Positions 12,583 to 24,047 of a stretch of 64,000 bases of DNA are shown one piece after another; the stretch's first letter is position 1, and each line of letters starts with the position of its first letter. The notes under the pieces are model-generated. The model did not search any database. It was not told the origin of the DNA and was given only the letters and a program-made list of their open reading frames with translations. Source of the DNA: an uncultured delta proteobacterium. Lineage in GTDB: Bacteria; Desulfobacterota; Binatia; UBA9968. The DNA lies in assembly GCA_963737905.1 (NCBI GenBank), contig CAVTUQ010000014.1, forward strand, positions 96,001 through 160,000, in the 5' to 3' direction. The position numbers were made by a program, and so were the translations under genes.

Positions 12583-14169
12583 CTAACGTCCATCGTCGTG
12601 ATGGCGGTCACGATCGCGCCGATCTTCGCAAACGAAGTTCGCCGCATCATCGATGCTGCCAGACCCCACGTACCGCGCCACTTGCGGGTAAGCACAGATG
12701 GGACGTGTGCGGGTCACCGCGCCGGCAGTAACCCTGGAGGCAATGATCTCCTCCGGGGCCGTGCCCTCCTCGACCCAATCCTCAAGCGCGCTCACCAGGT
12801 CCAACGTATTGGGCCCTCCAGGGTTGGCTCCGCCACAATGTCCCACATTGGGCAATAGGAAGAGTCGGACGAAATCCTCCGTTTTGTCCGGGTGACGCCG
12901 GTTACGATCGGCTTTGGTCCGAATCCTGTTGTAGTAATCAATGGTGTCCACCGGGTTTGGCAGTGGGTCGGATTCACCATGCCACACGATCATCTTGCCG
13001 CCACGCTTATTGAAGGCGGTCAGATCTGGGTTGTCCGCGTTGTGGATGAACTCTAGTGTCTCACCATCGAACTCCTTGTTGAGCGTATATTCGACGTCTC
13101 TGTCGAAAGTGAAGGTCGTGAAGTTATAGTTGGGATCTTCGAAGACCGTATTCTGAAAGAACGTGGTGTATTGTGGATTTGGCACGTCCCCGATCGATTG
13201 TCCCTGATCGAGTTCGCTCGTCCTCGGCACCCCTGGATAGACCTGTTCGCCCGTGGCCAGGTTCACCGGTGGCCCGGCGTACATACATTGGAGGGTTTCG
13301 ACCTGGGGCGCGGTGAGACACGTCGGGTTGTCGGCACCGGTGCAGAGCAAACTCTTGGGCTGGAACTTGCAGCGCCGCGGGTCGTCGACCTGGCCGTCCA
13401 CAAGACCGTCCAGGTGGTCGCAGGCCGCTATTACCGCCTTGAAGATTGCCGGCAGCTTGCCGACCGGGATGGCGTGCGCGCCGGTCGGATCCTCATGATT
13501 GCACTGCCAGGTCCAGACATGCCGCGATCGCAGTTGGAGCACCCGGTAGACAGGTGAGCCAGCGATGATGCCATCGTAGTCGTCGGGGTAGCGCTGGGCC
13601 TCCATGAACGCCTGCCGGCCGCCAGTCGAGCACCCGTTGAAGTAGGAACGCTCGGGATCGGCTCCGTAGAAGCCGTTGATGATCGCTTTGGACTTCAACG
13701 TGAGCTCGTGAATCGATCGATAGCCGTAGTCCTTGATCTGCTGCGCGTTGGTCCACCAGGGATCGCCAGGGGCGTTGGAGCTGTGCCCAGTGTCCGTAGA
13801 TGCTGTGGCATAATTGCGACTGAGCGCGGTTTGCATGTCCGAGAAGCTAATCGATCCGGCCAGGCCGCCGTTGCCGACTGCCTGGAATTTCCCGTTCCAG
13901 TCTACCGTCGGTATCCAGACTTCGAAGAGGATCGCCGGCGTTATGACCCCTCTCACCCGACAGATGGGAAGCGCAATATTGCCGACCGGGGACGGATTCG
14001 GGCCCGCTGGCAGGGACTCGACAAGCATGATGGTTGTTTCGGGTAAGTTCAGGGCCGCGAATGTCTCGAGGGTGCAGGGCGCAGTCGTAGCTGCGACCGG
14101 CTCCGGAGCGAGCGCGCCCGTTGCAATCATGGCGATGGAGAGAACAATGAGAAAGAAGCGGCGACTCAT
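12583..14169 (-). CDS. Secreted tannase/feruloyl esterase family hydrolase, copy A
   Basis: Signal peptide, WNGKFQAVGNGG, TDTGH, GCSTGG nucleophile, HGESD, GHCGG, RPICAYP. Confidence 0.93.
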   Translation of the reverse strand: MSRRFFLIVLSIAMIATGALAPEPVAATTAPCTLETFAALNLPETTIMLVESLPAGPNPSPVGNIALPICRVRGVITPAILFEVWIPTVDWNGKFQAVGNGGLAGSISFSDMQTALSRNYATASTDTGHSSNAPGDPWWTNAQQIKDYGYRSIHELTLKSKAIINGFYGADPERSYFNGCSTGGRQAFMEAQRYPDDYDGIIAGSPVYRVLQLRSRHVWTWQCNHEDPTGAHAIPVGKLPAIFKAVIAACDHLDGLVDGQVDDPRRCKFQPKSLLCTGADNPTCLTAPQVETLQCMYAGPPVNLATGEQVYPGVPRTSELDQGQSIGDVPNPQYTTFFQNTVFEDPNYNFTTFTFDRDVEYTLNKEFDGETLEFIHNADNPDLTAFNKRGGKMIVWHGESDPLPNPVDTIDYYNRIRTKADRNRRHPDKTEDFVRLFLLPNVGHCGGANPGGPNTLDLVSALEDWVEEGTAPEEIIASRVTAGAVTRTRPICAYPQVARYVGSGSIDDAANFVCEDRRDRDRHHDDGR

Positions 14170-14218
14170 AAGGCACCTCCTACTTTTGGTTGAAGTTTTA
14201 TTTTGGACAAGCGGGCTC

Positions 14219-14261
14219 GTCCAATATTATTTTTCAATGACGGCCATCGGTTTTCCTTATG
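14219..14261 (-). promoter_or_regulatory. LysR-type promoter (T-N11-A box plus TTGGAC -35)
   Basis: CATAAGGAAAACCGATG-N5-CATTGAAAAATAATA-TTGGAC; homologous sites at 16021, 32353 and 32474. Confidence 0.7.
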
Positions 14262-14465
14262 GCGGATAAGTTCAAAGCAGTCCGCAACCGATCCTACTGA
14301 GACTGCAACCCGCACTTTGCCACTCATCGTTGCACCCGATAATCGCAAATGTAAAACTCAACAACTCAAGACACGATTCGTTTTACAGGGATTTGAAAAA
14401 GATGATAAGGACTCACAAAGAGCAAAACGATGCGAGCTAACCACATCGTAAGGAGGGTGGCATCT

Positions 14466-15542
14466 ATGCATCCAGCTAAACCCCATACGATCTACGGAGT
14501 CCATGGAGGATGGGCTTGGTCGATTTTTCTGATTCCTGCACTTTTATTTGCCGTGCCGTATGTCCGTGCTCAGAGTACGGCGAGCGAGCCTCTGGCAGAG
14601 GTAAATCGGGAGACGATCACCACCGAGGAACTGAACCGCGCCCTCGGCTCCAGGCTCTCGCAGCTTGAAGAGCAGATTTACAATCTCAAAAGTAGAGAAC
14701 TCGATGCCCTAATCGCGCAACGCCTTTTAGCCCAGGAAGCGGCAAAACGGGGGATTTCGGTACCGACGTTGTTGGACGCGGAGGTAACGGCGAAAGTCGG
14801 GTTGGTCACCGAAAAGGAGATCGAAGACTTTTATCAAGCGAACAAGGCCCGCATACGCGGAGACGAAGGCGACACACGGCAAAAAATTCGTGCCTTCCTT
14901 CAACAACAGAAGTTAGCCGCTCAGCGGGATTTTTTTGTCCAATCGTTGCGCTCGCACGGTAAGGTTGTTGTCCACCTTCAGCCTTCCCCCGTCATTCGCG
15001 TTGATATAGCGGTCGAGAGTGCACCCATTCGCGGTGCGACCGAGGCTCCGGTGACTCTTGTGGAATTCTCCGACTTTGAGTGCCCGTTCTGCAAGCAAAC
15101 GCAGGCGACGCTAAAACAGCTGCTTGATCGCTATCCGGGCAAGCTGCGGCTCGCCTACCGGGATTTTCCGCTGGAGGCAATTCATCCGCAGGCGCGCCGC
15201 GCCGCAGAGGCCACCCGGTGCGCCCAGGACCAGGGGAAGTTTTGGGACTATCACGACATTCTTTTTACAGAGGCCCCTAAACTGGCTCCCGATGATTTAA
15301 AGCGATACGCTGCGCAGGTCGGGCTCGACGTCATAAAGTTCGAAACCTGCTTATCACACGGTGTCCATATAGCCGCGGTGCAACAAGACATTGATGATGG
15401 TAACCGCCTCGGCATTACCGGCACCCCGGCTTTCTTCATCAACGGACGACCCTTGCAAGGCGCCCAGCCTCTCGAGGCTTTCGCGCGAGTGATTGAGGAC
15501 GAGCTCACGCGCTTAGCGACTTCGCAGAGCCGCCCTCGTTAA
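14466..15542 (+). CDS. DsbA-family thioredoxin with SurA-N-like N-terminal domain
   Basis: VEFSDFECPFC, YRDFPL..IHPQA, GITGTPAFFING. Confidence 0.9.
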   Translation: MHPAKPHTIYGVHGGWAWSIFLIPALLFAVPYVRAQSTASEPLAEVNRETITTEELNRALGSRLSQLEEQIYNLKSRELDALIAQRLLAQEAAKRGISVPTLLDAEVTAKVGLVTEKEIEDFYQANKARIRGDEGDTRQKIRAFLQQQKLAAQRDFFVQSLRSHGKVVVHLQPSPVIRVDIAVESAPIRGATEAPVTLVEFSDFECPFCKQTQATLKQLLDRYPGKLRLAYRDFPLEAIHPQARRAAEATRCAQDQGKFWDYHDILFTEAPKLAPDDLKRYAAQVGLDVIKFETCLSHGVHIAAVQQDIDDGNRLGITGTPAFFINGRPLQGAQPLEAFARVIEDELTRLATSQSRPR

Positions 15543-16020
15543 ATCGTCAATCGGTGTTCGATAAACGCGATCCGTTACGACCCAATATGGATACTCGTGC
15601 GGCTATAGTCCTTATCTCTTCCTTCTTGATACATGTCCACCTGAGTCGTTCCAAGTTAAAACCATAGAGAGTTTTAGTTTGAGTTCCGCGCCACGGTCTC
15701 GGGTTTTCCATTCCATTCAAAACTTGGAAATAGGCACGGAAGACTTTACAACTGCAAAGCTCGGAGATGATCTTGGAGAGCTCACGGTCGCGCCCGGTTC
15801 AACCGCCTTGCTCCCATTCCAGCTGTTCCGCGAGCCATACGCGAGCACGAGGCAATGCGCTCGCGCATCACGCTGCCGGTGTTCGTCGCACGGCATTGAG
15901 GCGCTTAGCAAAATCGGCCAGAGATCCAATTAGGGCTTCCCGTCAAGCCTGCACTTTAGCGCCGGCAGAGGCCATGCCGTGAAAAGTTGAATGGCTAGCC
16001 ACCAGCCTCATACCACTAGC

Positions 16021-16063
16021 CATAAGAAAAGCTAATGCCGGCCATTCAAGAATAATATTAGAC
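16021..16063 (+). promoter_or_regulatory. LysR-type promoter
   Basis: CATAAGAAAAGCTAATG-N5-CATTCAAGAATAATA-TTAGAC, gapless match to the 14219 site. Confidence 0.7.
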
Positions 16064-16114
16064 GTCGCCCGTTGCTCCTCCATATATTCAAGAAAAATTC
16101 GGCGGAGGTGAGTC

Positions 16115-17725
16115 ATGCATCGTCACTTCAAGTTTCCTGTCGTCTCGGCGGTTCTGCTCGTGATTGCAGTGTTTGTCTCAACCCCGGCCGGAGCAGACGA
16201 CTTTCGGAATCATCGGCCGCATCAGATTTCGTGCGGGGATCTTGCGAACCTCAACCTCCCGGACACCATCATCATGTCGGCGGAAGAAGTTCCGGCCGGC
16301 CCGTTCCCCTTCGGCAATGTGGCACCGACCTGCTCGTCGGACATCGCCTCACCGCAGCTGCCGGCGTTCTGCCGCGTCCAGGGCACGATCGGGCCGGGGC
16401 AGATCAACTTCGAGGTGTGGCTGCCGCTCGAGGGCTGGAACGGCAAGTTCGAGGGCCTCGGCAACCACGGCTTCGCCGGAAACATTGAATACTCAGATAT
16501 GGGCCCCGAGCTCGTGAAGGGATATGCGGTAGCCGGTACCGATACCGGCCACGCCGGCAGCGCTCCTCTCCCCTGGATGCAGAATGAGCAGCAAATCAAC
16601 GATTATGGCTCTCGCGGCATCCACGAGATGACCGTGAAGAGTAAGGCCATCATCGAGGCGTTCTACGGCAAGCCGCCGAAGTACTCTTACTTCAACGGCT
16701 GCTCGACCGGTGGCAAAGAAGGATTGATGGAAGCGCAGCGCTATCCCAAGGATTACGACGGCATCAACGTGGGAGGCTCCGCCAACTTCGCGCAGATCCA
16801 CAACCGCGTGCAGTACGTGTGGAACGGGCAGGTAACGTTCGGCAGGGGGGTACCGCTTGCGGGCTCTACGCTCGCGCTCATCAATGACGCGGCCGTGGCG
16901 GCGTGCGACGATCTCGACGGCGTCGTGGACGGCGTAATCGATGATCCGCGTAGCTGCCCCTTTGAGCCGGCGAGCCTTCTGTGCAGTTCTGGTCAAGACC
17001 CCAATACCTGCCTGACAGCGGCGCAGGTCGACGCGGTGGAAAAGGTTTACGAGGGGCCGCGCAACCCGAGAACCGGCGAGGAGATCTATCCGGGCCTGGT
17101 GCGCGGCAGCGAGCGCGGCTGGGGCGGGCACACCGCTGGGCCGAACATCTTCAGCACGGCTGATCAGTTCTTCAAATTCATGGTGTACAACGATCCGAAT
17201 TGGGATTACAGGACGTTCGATTTCGACAGCGACCTCGCTTATACCGACGCGAACTTCTCGCAACTGCTCGACGCGATCGATCCCGACCTTAGCGCTTTCA
17301 GGAAGCACGGCGGCAAGATCCTATACTCCCATCTCTGGAGTAGCACGACTCACACGGCAACCCGCAGCATCGAGTATTACGAGGACGTCGTGTCCTTTCT
17401 CCGCGGACGGAGAGATCGTCGCGACGAGGCCCTCGAGAAGACACGGGAGTTCTTCCGGCTGTTCATGGCGCCGAGCGGAAGCGGCAGCAACGGGCCCGAC
17501 ACTTTCGACTCGCTTCCCTATCTCGAGCGATGGGTCGAGCGAGGCATCCCCCCAAAGAGCATCCTCGCTTCGCACAAGACCAGCGACGTAGTGGATCGTA
17601 CGCGACCCCTCTGCCCGTATCCCGAGGTTGCCGTGTACAAGGGTAGCGGCAACACCGATGAGGCGGCGAACTTCGTTTGCCGAGACCCGCGCGACCGCGA
17701 CCGCCATCACGACGACGGACGCTGA
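16115..17725 (+). CDS. Secreted tannase/feruloyl esterase family hydrolase with atypical C-terminal catalytic motifs
   Basis: WNGKFEGLGNHG, TDTGH, GCSTGG, RPLCPYP; usual HGxxD and GHCxGG replaced by HLWSSTTH and APSGSGSNGP. Confidence 0.9.
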   Translation: MHRHFKFPVVSAVLLVIAVFVSTPAGADDFRNHRPHQISCGDLANLNLPDTIIMSAEEVPAGPFPFGNVAPTCSSDIASPQLPAFCRVQGTIGPGQINFEVWLPLEGWNGKFEGLGNHGFAGNIEYSDMGPELVKGYAVAGTDTGHAGSAPLPWMQNEQQINDYGSRGIHEMTVKSKAIIEAFYGKPPKYSYFNGCSTGGKEGLMEAQRYPKDYDGINVGGSANFAQIHNRVQYVWNGQVTFGRGVPLAGSTLALINDAAVAACDDLDGVVDGVIDDPRSCPFEPASLLCSSGQDPNTCLTAAQVDAVEKVYEGPRNPRTGEEIYPGLVRGSERGWGGHTAGPNIFSTADQFFKFMVYNDPNWDYRTFDFDSDLAYTDANFSQLLDAIDPDLSAFRKHGGKILYSHLWSSTTHTATRSIEYYEDVVSFLRGRRDRRDEALEKTREFFRLFMAPSGSGSNGPDTFDSLPYLERWVERGIPPKSILASHKTSDVVDRTRPLCPYPEVAVYKGSGNTDEAANFVCRDPRDRDRHHDDGR

Positions 17726-17765
17726 TCAGCCGGGCCGCGAAACGGTATCGCTACGAGCACAGGAG

Positions 17766-18017
17766 GAGACGATCGCTGGTCTGAGTCGATCGCGATCGGC
17801 AGCGAGGGATTTGGTTGAGCAAGTGAAAAATGAATTGGGCTTCAGAGCACAACATCGCCAGGTTGCCGTGGCGGACGGTTTGTATACTCTTCGAGAGCCG
17901 GTGCCGCCTTATGGCGACCATTTCGATAGGGAAAATGAGACTCTAAGGCCAAATAACACCGTTCCCTGGCAAACAAACCTTGAAACAACAGAGGCTTAGC
18001 CTGGTCCGACCCCAACG
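17766..18017 (+). mobile_element. Y1-transposase 3'-end remnant, family C, copy 1
   Basis: Encodes DDRWSESIAIGSEGFVEQVK.ELG...LREP..PY...; ends GGTCCGACCCCAACG; near-identical to copies at 26603, 30293 and 35750. Confidence 0.8.
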
Positions 18018-18105
18018 CCAGGTGGGGAGACATCGGCGCTGGAGCCCAGATATCCAACGGAATACGGAGTGCAATCGTGTCGATCGGTGTGATTGTCTCT
18101 TCCAT
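18018..18105 (-). pseudogene. 5' stub of an enolase-superfamily (mandelate racemase/MLE-like) gene, cut at the element end
   Basis: MEETITPIDTIALRIPLDIWAPAPM resembles MR/MLE N-termini; reading stops at the repeat junction. Confidence 0.4.
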
Positions 18106-18284
18106 AGTCTCATGATTCAAAGCAGGAATTCCTGAAAATGTCGAGCGACATCACTACCCGGCGGCGCGGCATGTTCCCGGCTATCCTGCGTTAGTATAAT
18201 TAGGCAATGGTAGACAGTAATGCTATGACGCTAATGTTAATGCTTCTTCTGAAACAGGTTGAACCGATTGGACAGCTGGAACGT

Positions 18285-19274
18285 CTATTTTCCCCTTCCC
18301 TTCCTCTCCTGCGCCAGCTGCTCAAGAAAAGATAAATCCAACAACTCGTTCACGTTGAGTTTCATCCCGGAGAGATTTTTGTCGTTGGCGATGACATTTT
18401 CCATCGCTTTAGCCGTAACGATAGGCAGTCCCGGCGTTACCCGGCTATAAACCATGCGGGTTTCCTCCAGCTCTTCGGTGTTGTTGGAGCGGTAGTATTC
18501 ACCAAGGTATTTGAGCACGCGGTCCTTGTTTTTATTGTCGCGATAAAAATCCATCCCATCGGCCAAACCGCGCATAAAATTCATCACCGTCTGCCGGTCG
18601 GATCGAATGAACGACCATGTTGTGACCGGTCCGGCGACAGTGTATTCGAAGTCTTCCTTTGAGAAGTCGAGAAAGATCGGATAATTCGCTTTACGCGCTT
18701 TCAGCGTAAATGGCGATTGCAGCAGGGTCGCTTGAACTTGCCCGGAAACGAGCGCCGTCCAACGGTCGCCCTGTCCACCAGCACCGACAATCTGCACATC
18801 TTTATCCGGCGTTAACCCCAAGCGCCGAAGCGCTAACCGGGCAATAAAATCCGTGCTGGAGCCCAATTGACTGACCGCAAGTCTCTTGCCCTTGAGATCT
18901 TCCGGCTGTTTGATCAATGGATGCGCCGCCAAAATGTAATCCAAGCGATTACCGACCGCGCCGATAAATTGTAACTCCTTCGCCCCCTGCGCCCACGCAG
19001 CCACCACCGTCGAAGCGCCCTGTAATTGCATCAGCAGATCACCGGAGAGCGCCGCCTGAATGCCCATCAACCCGCCGCGTATGTAGATCGGCTCGAGCTT
19101 TAACCTGTACTTTTCAAACGAACCCGCGCGATACGCAACCCAAAAGTAACTAGACGAACCACCAAGAGGATACCCGACCTTGAGTTCTCTCATCTTGGTA
19201 CTCTGGGCAAAAACAAAGTTCGGAAGAAGAACGAAAATGCAGCACATCAGATATAAAAGTCTTTTAATTTTCAT
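18285..19274 (-). CDS. ABC-type substrate-binding protein, NMT1/THI5 family
   Basis: Signal peptide, QAALSGD, DLKGKRLAVSQLGSSTD, ALVSGQVQAT, LLDLSFL. Confidence 0.88.
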   Translation of the reverse strand: MKIKRLLYLMCCIFVLLPNFVFAQSTKMRELKVGYPLGGSSSYFWVAYRAGSFEKYRLKLEPIYIRGGLMGIQAALSGDLLMQLQGASTVVAAWAQGAKELQFIGAVGNRLDYILAAHPLIKQPEDLKGKRLAVSQLGSSTDFIARLALRRLGLTPDKDVQIVGAGGQGDRWTALVSGQVQATLLQSPFTLKARKANYPIFLDFSKEDFEYTVAGPVTTWSFIRSDRQTVMNFMRGLADGMDFYRDNKNKDRVLKYLGEYYRSNNTEELEETRMVYSRVTPGLPIVTAKAMENVIANDKNLSGMKLNVNELLDLSFLEQLAQERKGRGK

Positions 19275-19555
19275 TTCACCTCCGCAGGGGGGGACAAGAG
19301 CGGGTTCAGTCCAAAATCGGCAATCAAAAAATCAAAATTCGACGTTGCTTCGAAAGTAGGTGCTAAGGTGAGTTTTCAGCTGAGAATCAAGCCTTTGGAT
19401 GATGAAGAACCGAAGGTGCTGTTTAGCGACGCTAAAAGAATGTGCTCAACCTCTTGGTCCGCCGCCAAGCATAAAACCCCGGCGCGTCAATGGCATGGCA
19501 AGAAGAGAATTTCCCCATCTGCTGTATGCCCGCGCTTTTCAAAAAGGCCGCCCAA

Positions 19556-19770
19556 TGGCCTTGGCCAACGGGATGGTGTCAGGAAACCTTCGCACCGGAG
19601 TCTTGCCGTAGCACTCTCGATAGCAAGATCATGCTCTTCAAAAAAACAGCAGCACTCGGTCATTCCGGTCATTGAGGATATCCTTAGCCGTAATCGGAGT
19701 CTTACAATCATAGAGTTTGGCAAAGGCCACCTTGCTGTAAGTATCAATGAATGTCTGGTTGATATCCGCC
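19556..19770 (-). pseudogene. IS481-family transposase fragment, internally deleted
   Basis: Reverse strand reads QTFIDTYSKVAFAKLYDCKTPITAKDILNDR...FFEEHD and CYGKTP...DTIPLAK. Confidence 0.7.
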
Positions 19771-19805
19771 TGCGCCTTCCAGGTGTACCAGTCCGATCAC
19801 TGGCC

Positions 19806-21634
19806 TTAGCGGTGGCCTCCCCGATCGCCCCCATCGTGCTTGCCGTCGTCCCTGTGATCTTCACGGTGGCCGGCGCCCTTCCCGATCCTCCCTACGCAGC
19901 GAAAGTTGGCGGCATCGTTGATATCACCGGAACCCTTATAACGGGCCTGTTTCGGATACGGGCAGAGCGGACGGCTGCGTGATTCCACTCCAAAGTAGCC
20001 GGGGTCGCTCGCCGTTGCTACAACGCTATCCGGCGCGACGCCGTTTTCTACCCAATTGACAACCTCTGGAAACATCTCGAAGTCATCCGTTGAAGGCCCA
20101 CCACTACAGTGATTCATGCCCGGCACCACAAACATTCTTGCAAATTTGGCGACATTACCGCTCTCCTTGGCATTCACATCGTTGTACCAGTCAATTGTTG
20201 CGTTAACTGAAAACGCGCCGTCCGCTCCACCTTGGTAAACGATCAATTTGCCGCCGTGAGCCTTAAACCCAGACAGGTCGGTGGAGTCGATTGATCCCAG
20301 ATCAGCCGCCGACACCGTATATATCCCCGCTGTTTCGTTTACCCTCTCAAGAAAGGTATCAAAATCGAAACTTAGCTGGAACGGAACACAGTCGTTGGCG
20401 GTAACAAAAGGCAGCACCGGATAGGCAGTATACCTAAGCGCGGATGATGCACAGCTCCTAGTTACCCTCTGGGCATTGTTGGTAGTCGCGTTAAAGGAAC
20501 GAAGCACCCAAGAGCGCCAGCCTTGGTTAAAGGTCGAACCTGACTGACCACCGATACCCGGATCCCACGGCCAGTCGGAATACAGCTGCGTTCCTTGAGA
20601 GTCCTTCATCCCAGCCATCACGGTCTGGAGCGCCTCAACCTGATTCACCGCTAGGCAACTGCTGGTTTTCGCTTCCGTGCACGTCAGCGCTGCCAATTCG
20701 GTGTTCACCAATTGTGACGTACATGCCGGCATGTTGTCGACAATACCGTCTTCAAGCCCATCCAGCCTGTCGCACGCCGCTAAAACGGCATTCCTTATCA
20801 ATAGCAGATCCTGGTCGGTGTAGGTCTTGTTGATAAGCGGGTTGCCGGCGGAGTCAAAACTCGTCGCAATCTTAGCGAACACTTGTGTGGCATAAGCGCC
20901 ATTAGCCGACGAGAATGCCGCAGAATCCGGGATCGCCTGTGACGATGCCGTCGAAATGTTCGGAAACGTCTGCGCCATCAACATCCCCTCCGCCCCACCT
21001 TCGGAACACCGACAAAATAGGAAAATTTGGGCTTCTTTCCATAATAGAGGTAAAACGAACTCTTTACCCACTCGAACGGTCTGGTCATAAGAGTTGTAAG
21101 AGAAATCGATTCTGCCTGTGGATCGATGGAGAATACGTTAGTCCGCCTACATTGGGATCGTTTTGGTCGCACTATCATGTCCGGAATCCGTCCGATCGTG
21201 ACGAAGCCTTGCGGCAAAACACTCGTCGGATCTACAACGGTACCGTTCTCCGCCGCCACCGCCCATGTAGAATCGCTCGTTCCACGCGGTGGGCATGCGG
21301 ACACGGAACTTGATAGCGTAAATCTGTCCACCCACACCTACGCGCTCGTTGATCTTGCCATCGATAAGGCAATGCTCTGGCAGACTCTGGGTAGCCGCGG
21401 TAAGGACGCCGACGTGATAACGACCTTATTTATCGTGAGGCTGGTAAACGCGCTAAGGGAACTGCAGCCGATAATCGGAGTTCGGTAGCGTGTGAGTCTC
21501 TGGAGGTGCCCCGCGATGATCGTCGGATCGCCCTCATTCGCTCCACCGCTTTGAGCAGTACCAGGGACTCTCCATCATGATAATGGCCGCGGCAAGAAAC
21601 CCGAGTAGTCTCACTTGAGTAGAGAAATAGTCAC
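19806..21634 (-). CDS. MHETase-like tannase-family esterase; multiple frameshifts in the 5' third, probably sequencing errors
   Basis: Frames stitch to LPEHCLIDGKINER...YAIKFRVRMPTAWNERFYMGGGG, CSEGG, NQGWRSW.L.SFN..NNAQRV, GADGAFS, VPGMNHCSGGP, PGYFGV..RSRPLCPYP; GGGGGAG RBS before GTG at 21634. Confidence 0.85.
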
Positions 21635-21881
21635 GGTGATCTCCCCCTTGTTTTCATATTCCTCCTTTTCATTTGTTATCCGAGAGCATCTCAGCTTTTT
21701 GTCAGTAGAACGATCGTCAATTTTGCTCCGCTCTCCTCATTTTTTTCCGTCGTTGCGTATATCCTGCTACAGTAAATGAATCTTCTGTCCACTACATTTT
21801 TACTTAACTTTATCTTTTGGATTGTTCCTATTCCTGCGTTTGGGTATAGTCTCCGTCGATTGATCCGGGGACTAGGACATA

Positions 21882-22740
<859 letters not shown>

Positions 22741-23134
22741 ACGTTGCCTGCAGGACTCTCCTCAAGGCGATATGATGGTCCGGGCGGAAGAACTCCGGGT
22801 CGAGCCAAGGCAATTCATCGATTTCACAACATTAAGATGAAATAAACCCGAATTCCGCAGTAGAAACAATTTAAGGCGGTGCATTGACGGGAGAATGAGG
22901 CGATAAGAGAGGTATCGGAGTCACTATCTTTTGGGATGTGTGTGTGTTTGTTCGTTTAGATTCCATTCCAACTGCGCCGCAATCGGCAGTCCCTCCGCAA
23001 GCGGCGCAAAAATTCCTGGAGCCTTGGAGTCTTGCTTCTTGCAATCAATCCTCGCATAGGCTTTCGCTCTCCGCAGGCAACGGGAGTCTTGGAAATCAGC
23101 GCTCGGGATAAGGCTTGTGGTCTTCATTATTCCA

Positions 23135-23748
23135 AGACTGGCGACGATCTTTTTAATCCGATCTTTGAAGTTCATCTCCTTTCCATCTTAGACTCTACGA
23201 TCCGGCATTTCCAACTCACGGTTACATAACCGTTGGTTCCGAAATATTCCTCTATCTCCGGCAAAGTTCGATCGCGAGACAGTCCGGCATCCACGGCATT
23301 GGAAATGGAGTATCTCCGTTGCCACGGCGTGCTTGTAAACTCTCACGGTTTTCACCTTGATGAAATACTCAGTCATTTGGTCAGCGGAAGGCAACGCCCA
23401 TGAAAAATATTCCGAGTTTGTTCAGCCGGAATCGCACCCCTTCAATCTTGGACAGTCTTCAGGCCCAGAGTCTCTTGGGCCTCGAAGGTTTTGCGGAGGG
23501 GCTCCGACACCTGGTCTCGGAAAAACAACAGATTCGAACGGTACCGAAGGGCAACGATTCGTAGGAATCTGACTTGGAGAAGCTATTTTCACAGAGCCCA
23601 GGCAAAGCATCCAGGGATCGGCTCATCGCCCAAGCTGTTACAGGCACGGCTATAGCCAAATGGAGTTGCAACCTTCCTGCGCCTCCACTATTCGACAATC
23701 AGCCGAATCCTCGCCGCCAACAGAAGCGCAAATCTAAAGACCTGACCT
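23135..23748. mobile_element. Composite remnant of two back-to-back Y1-transposase 3' ends (A on -, B on +), copy 1
   Basis: Homologous to 41860-42469; + strand encodes RHWKWS...TLDEILSH...EKYSEFVQ...LHYSTISRIL; ends AAAGACCTGACC. Confidence 0.75.
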
Positions 23749-24047
23749 GTGTCCCTGTATCTCGATTAAACTAATCTCATATTCCAAGATCCGACCCCTA
23801 GCACCCAAACGTTACTTCTGCTCGATCTGCTTCCGATCACGTCCACCTGCCAGCGCCAGTTGACACAACGTCACCTCATTGGATAATGTCCGTTTCAAAT
23901 CGGGGGTAGGAGAACCTGCCTGCCTTCTCTGATGTTGCTTTGGGCTCTCGAACGCGATCTCGCATGTGTGGTCGCAGGCATTTTTAAATCTTCGTTGGCT
24001 GACCCCCAAAAAGCGAGTTCCTATCATTCAGCGTGTAGAAGCGAGAC

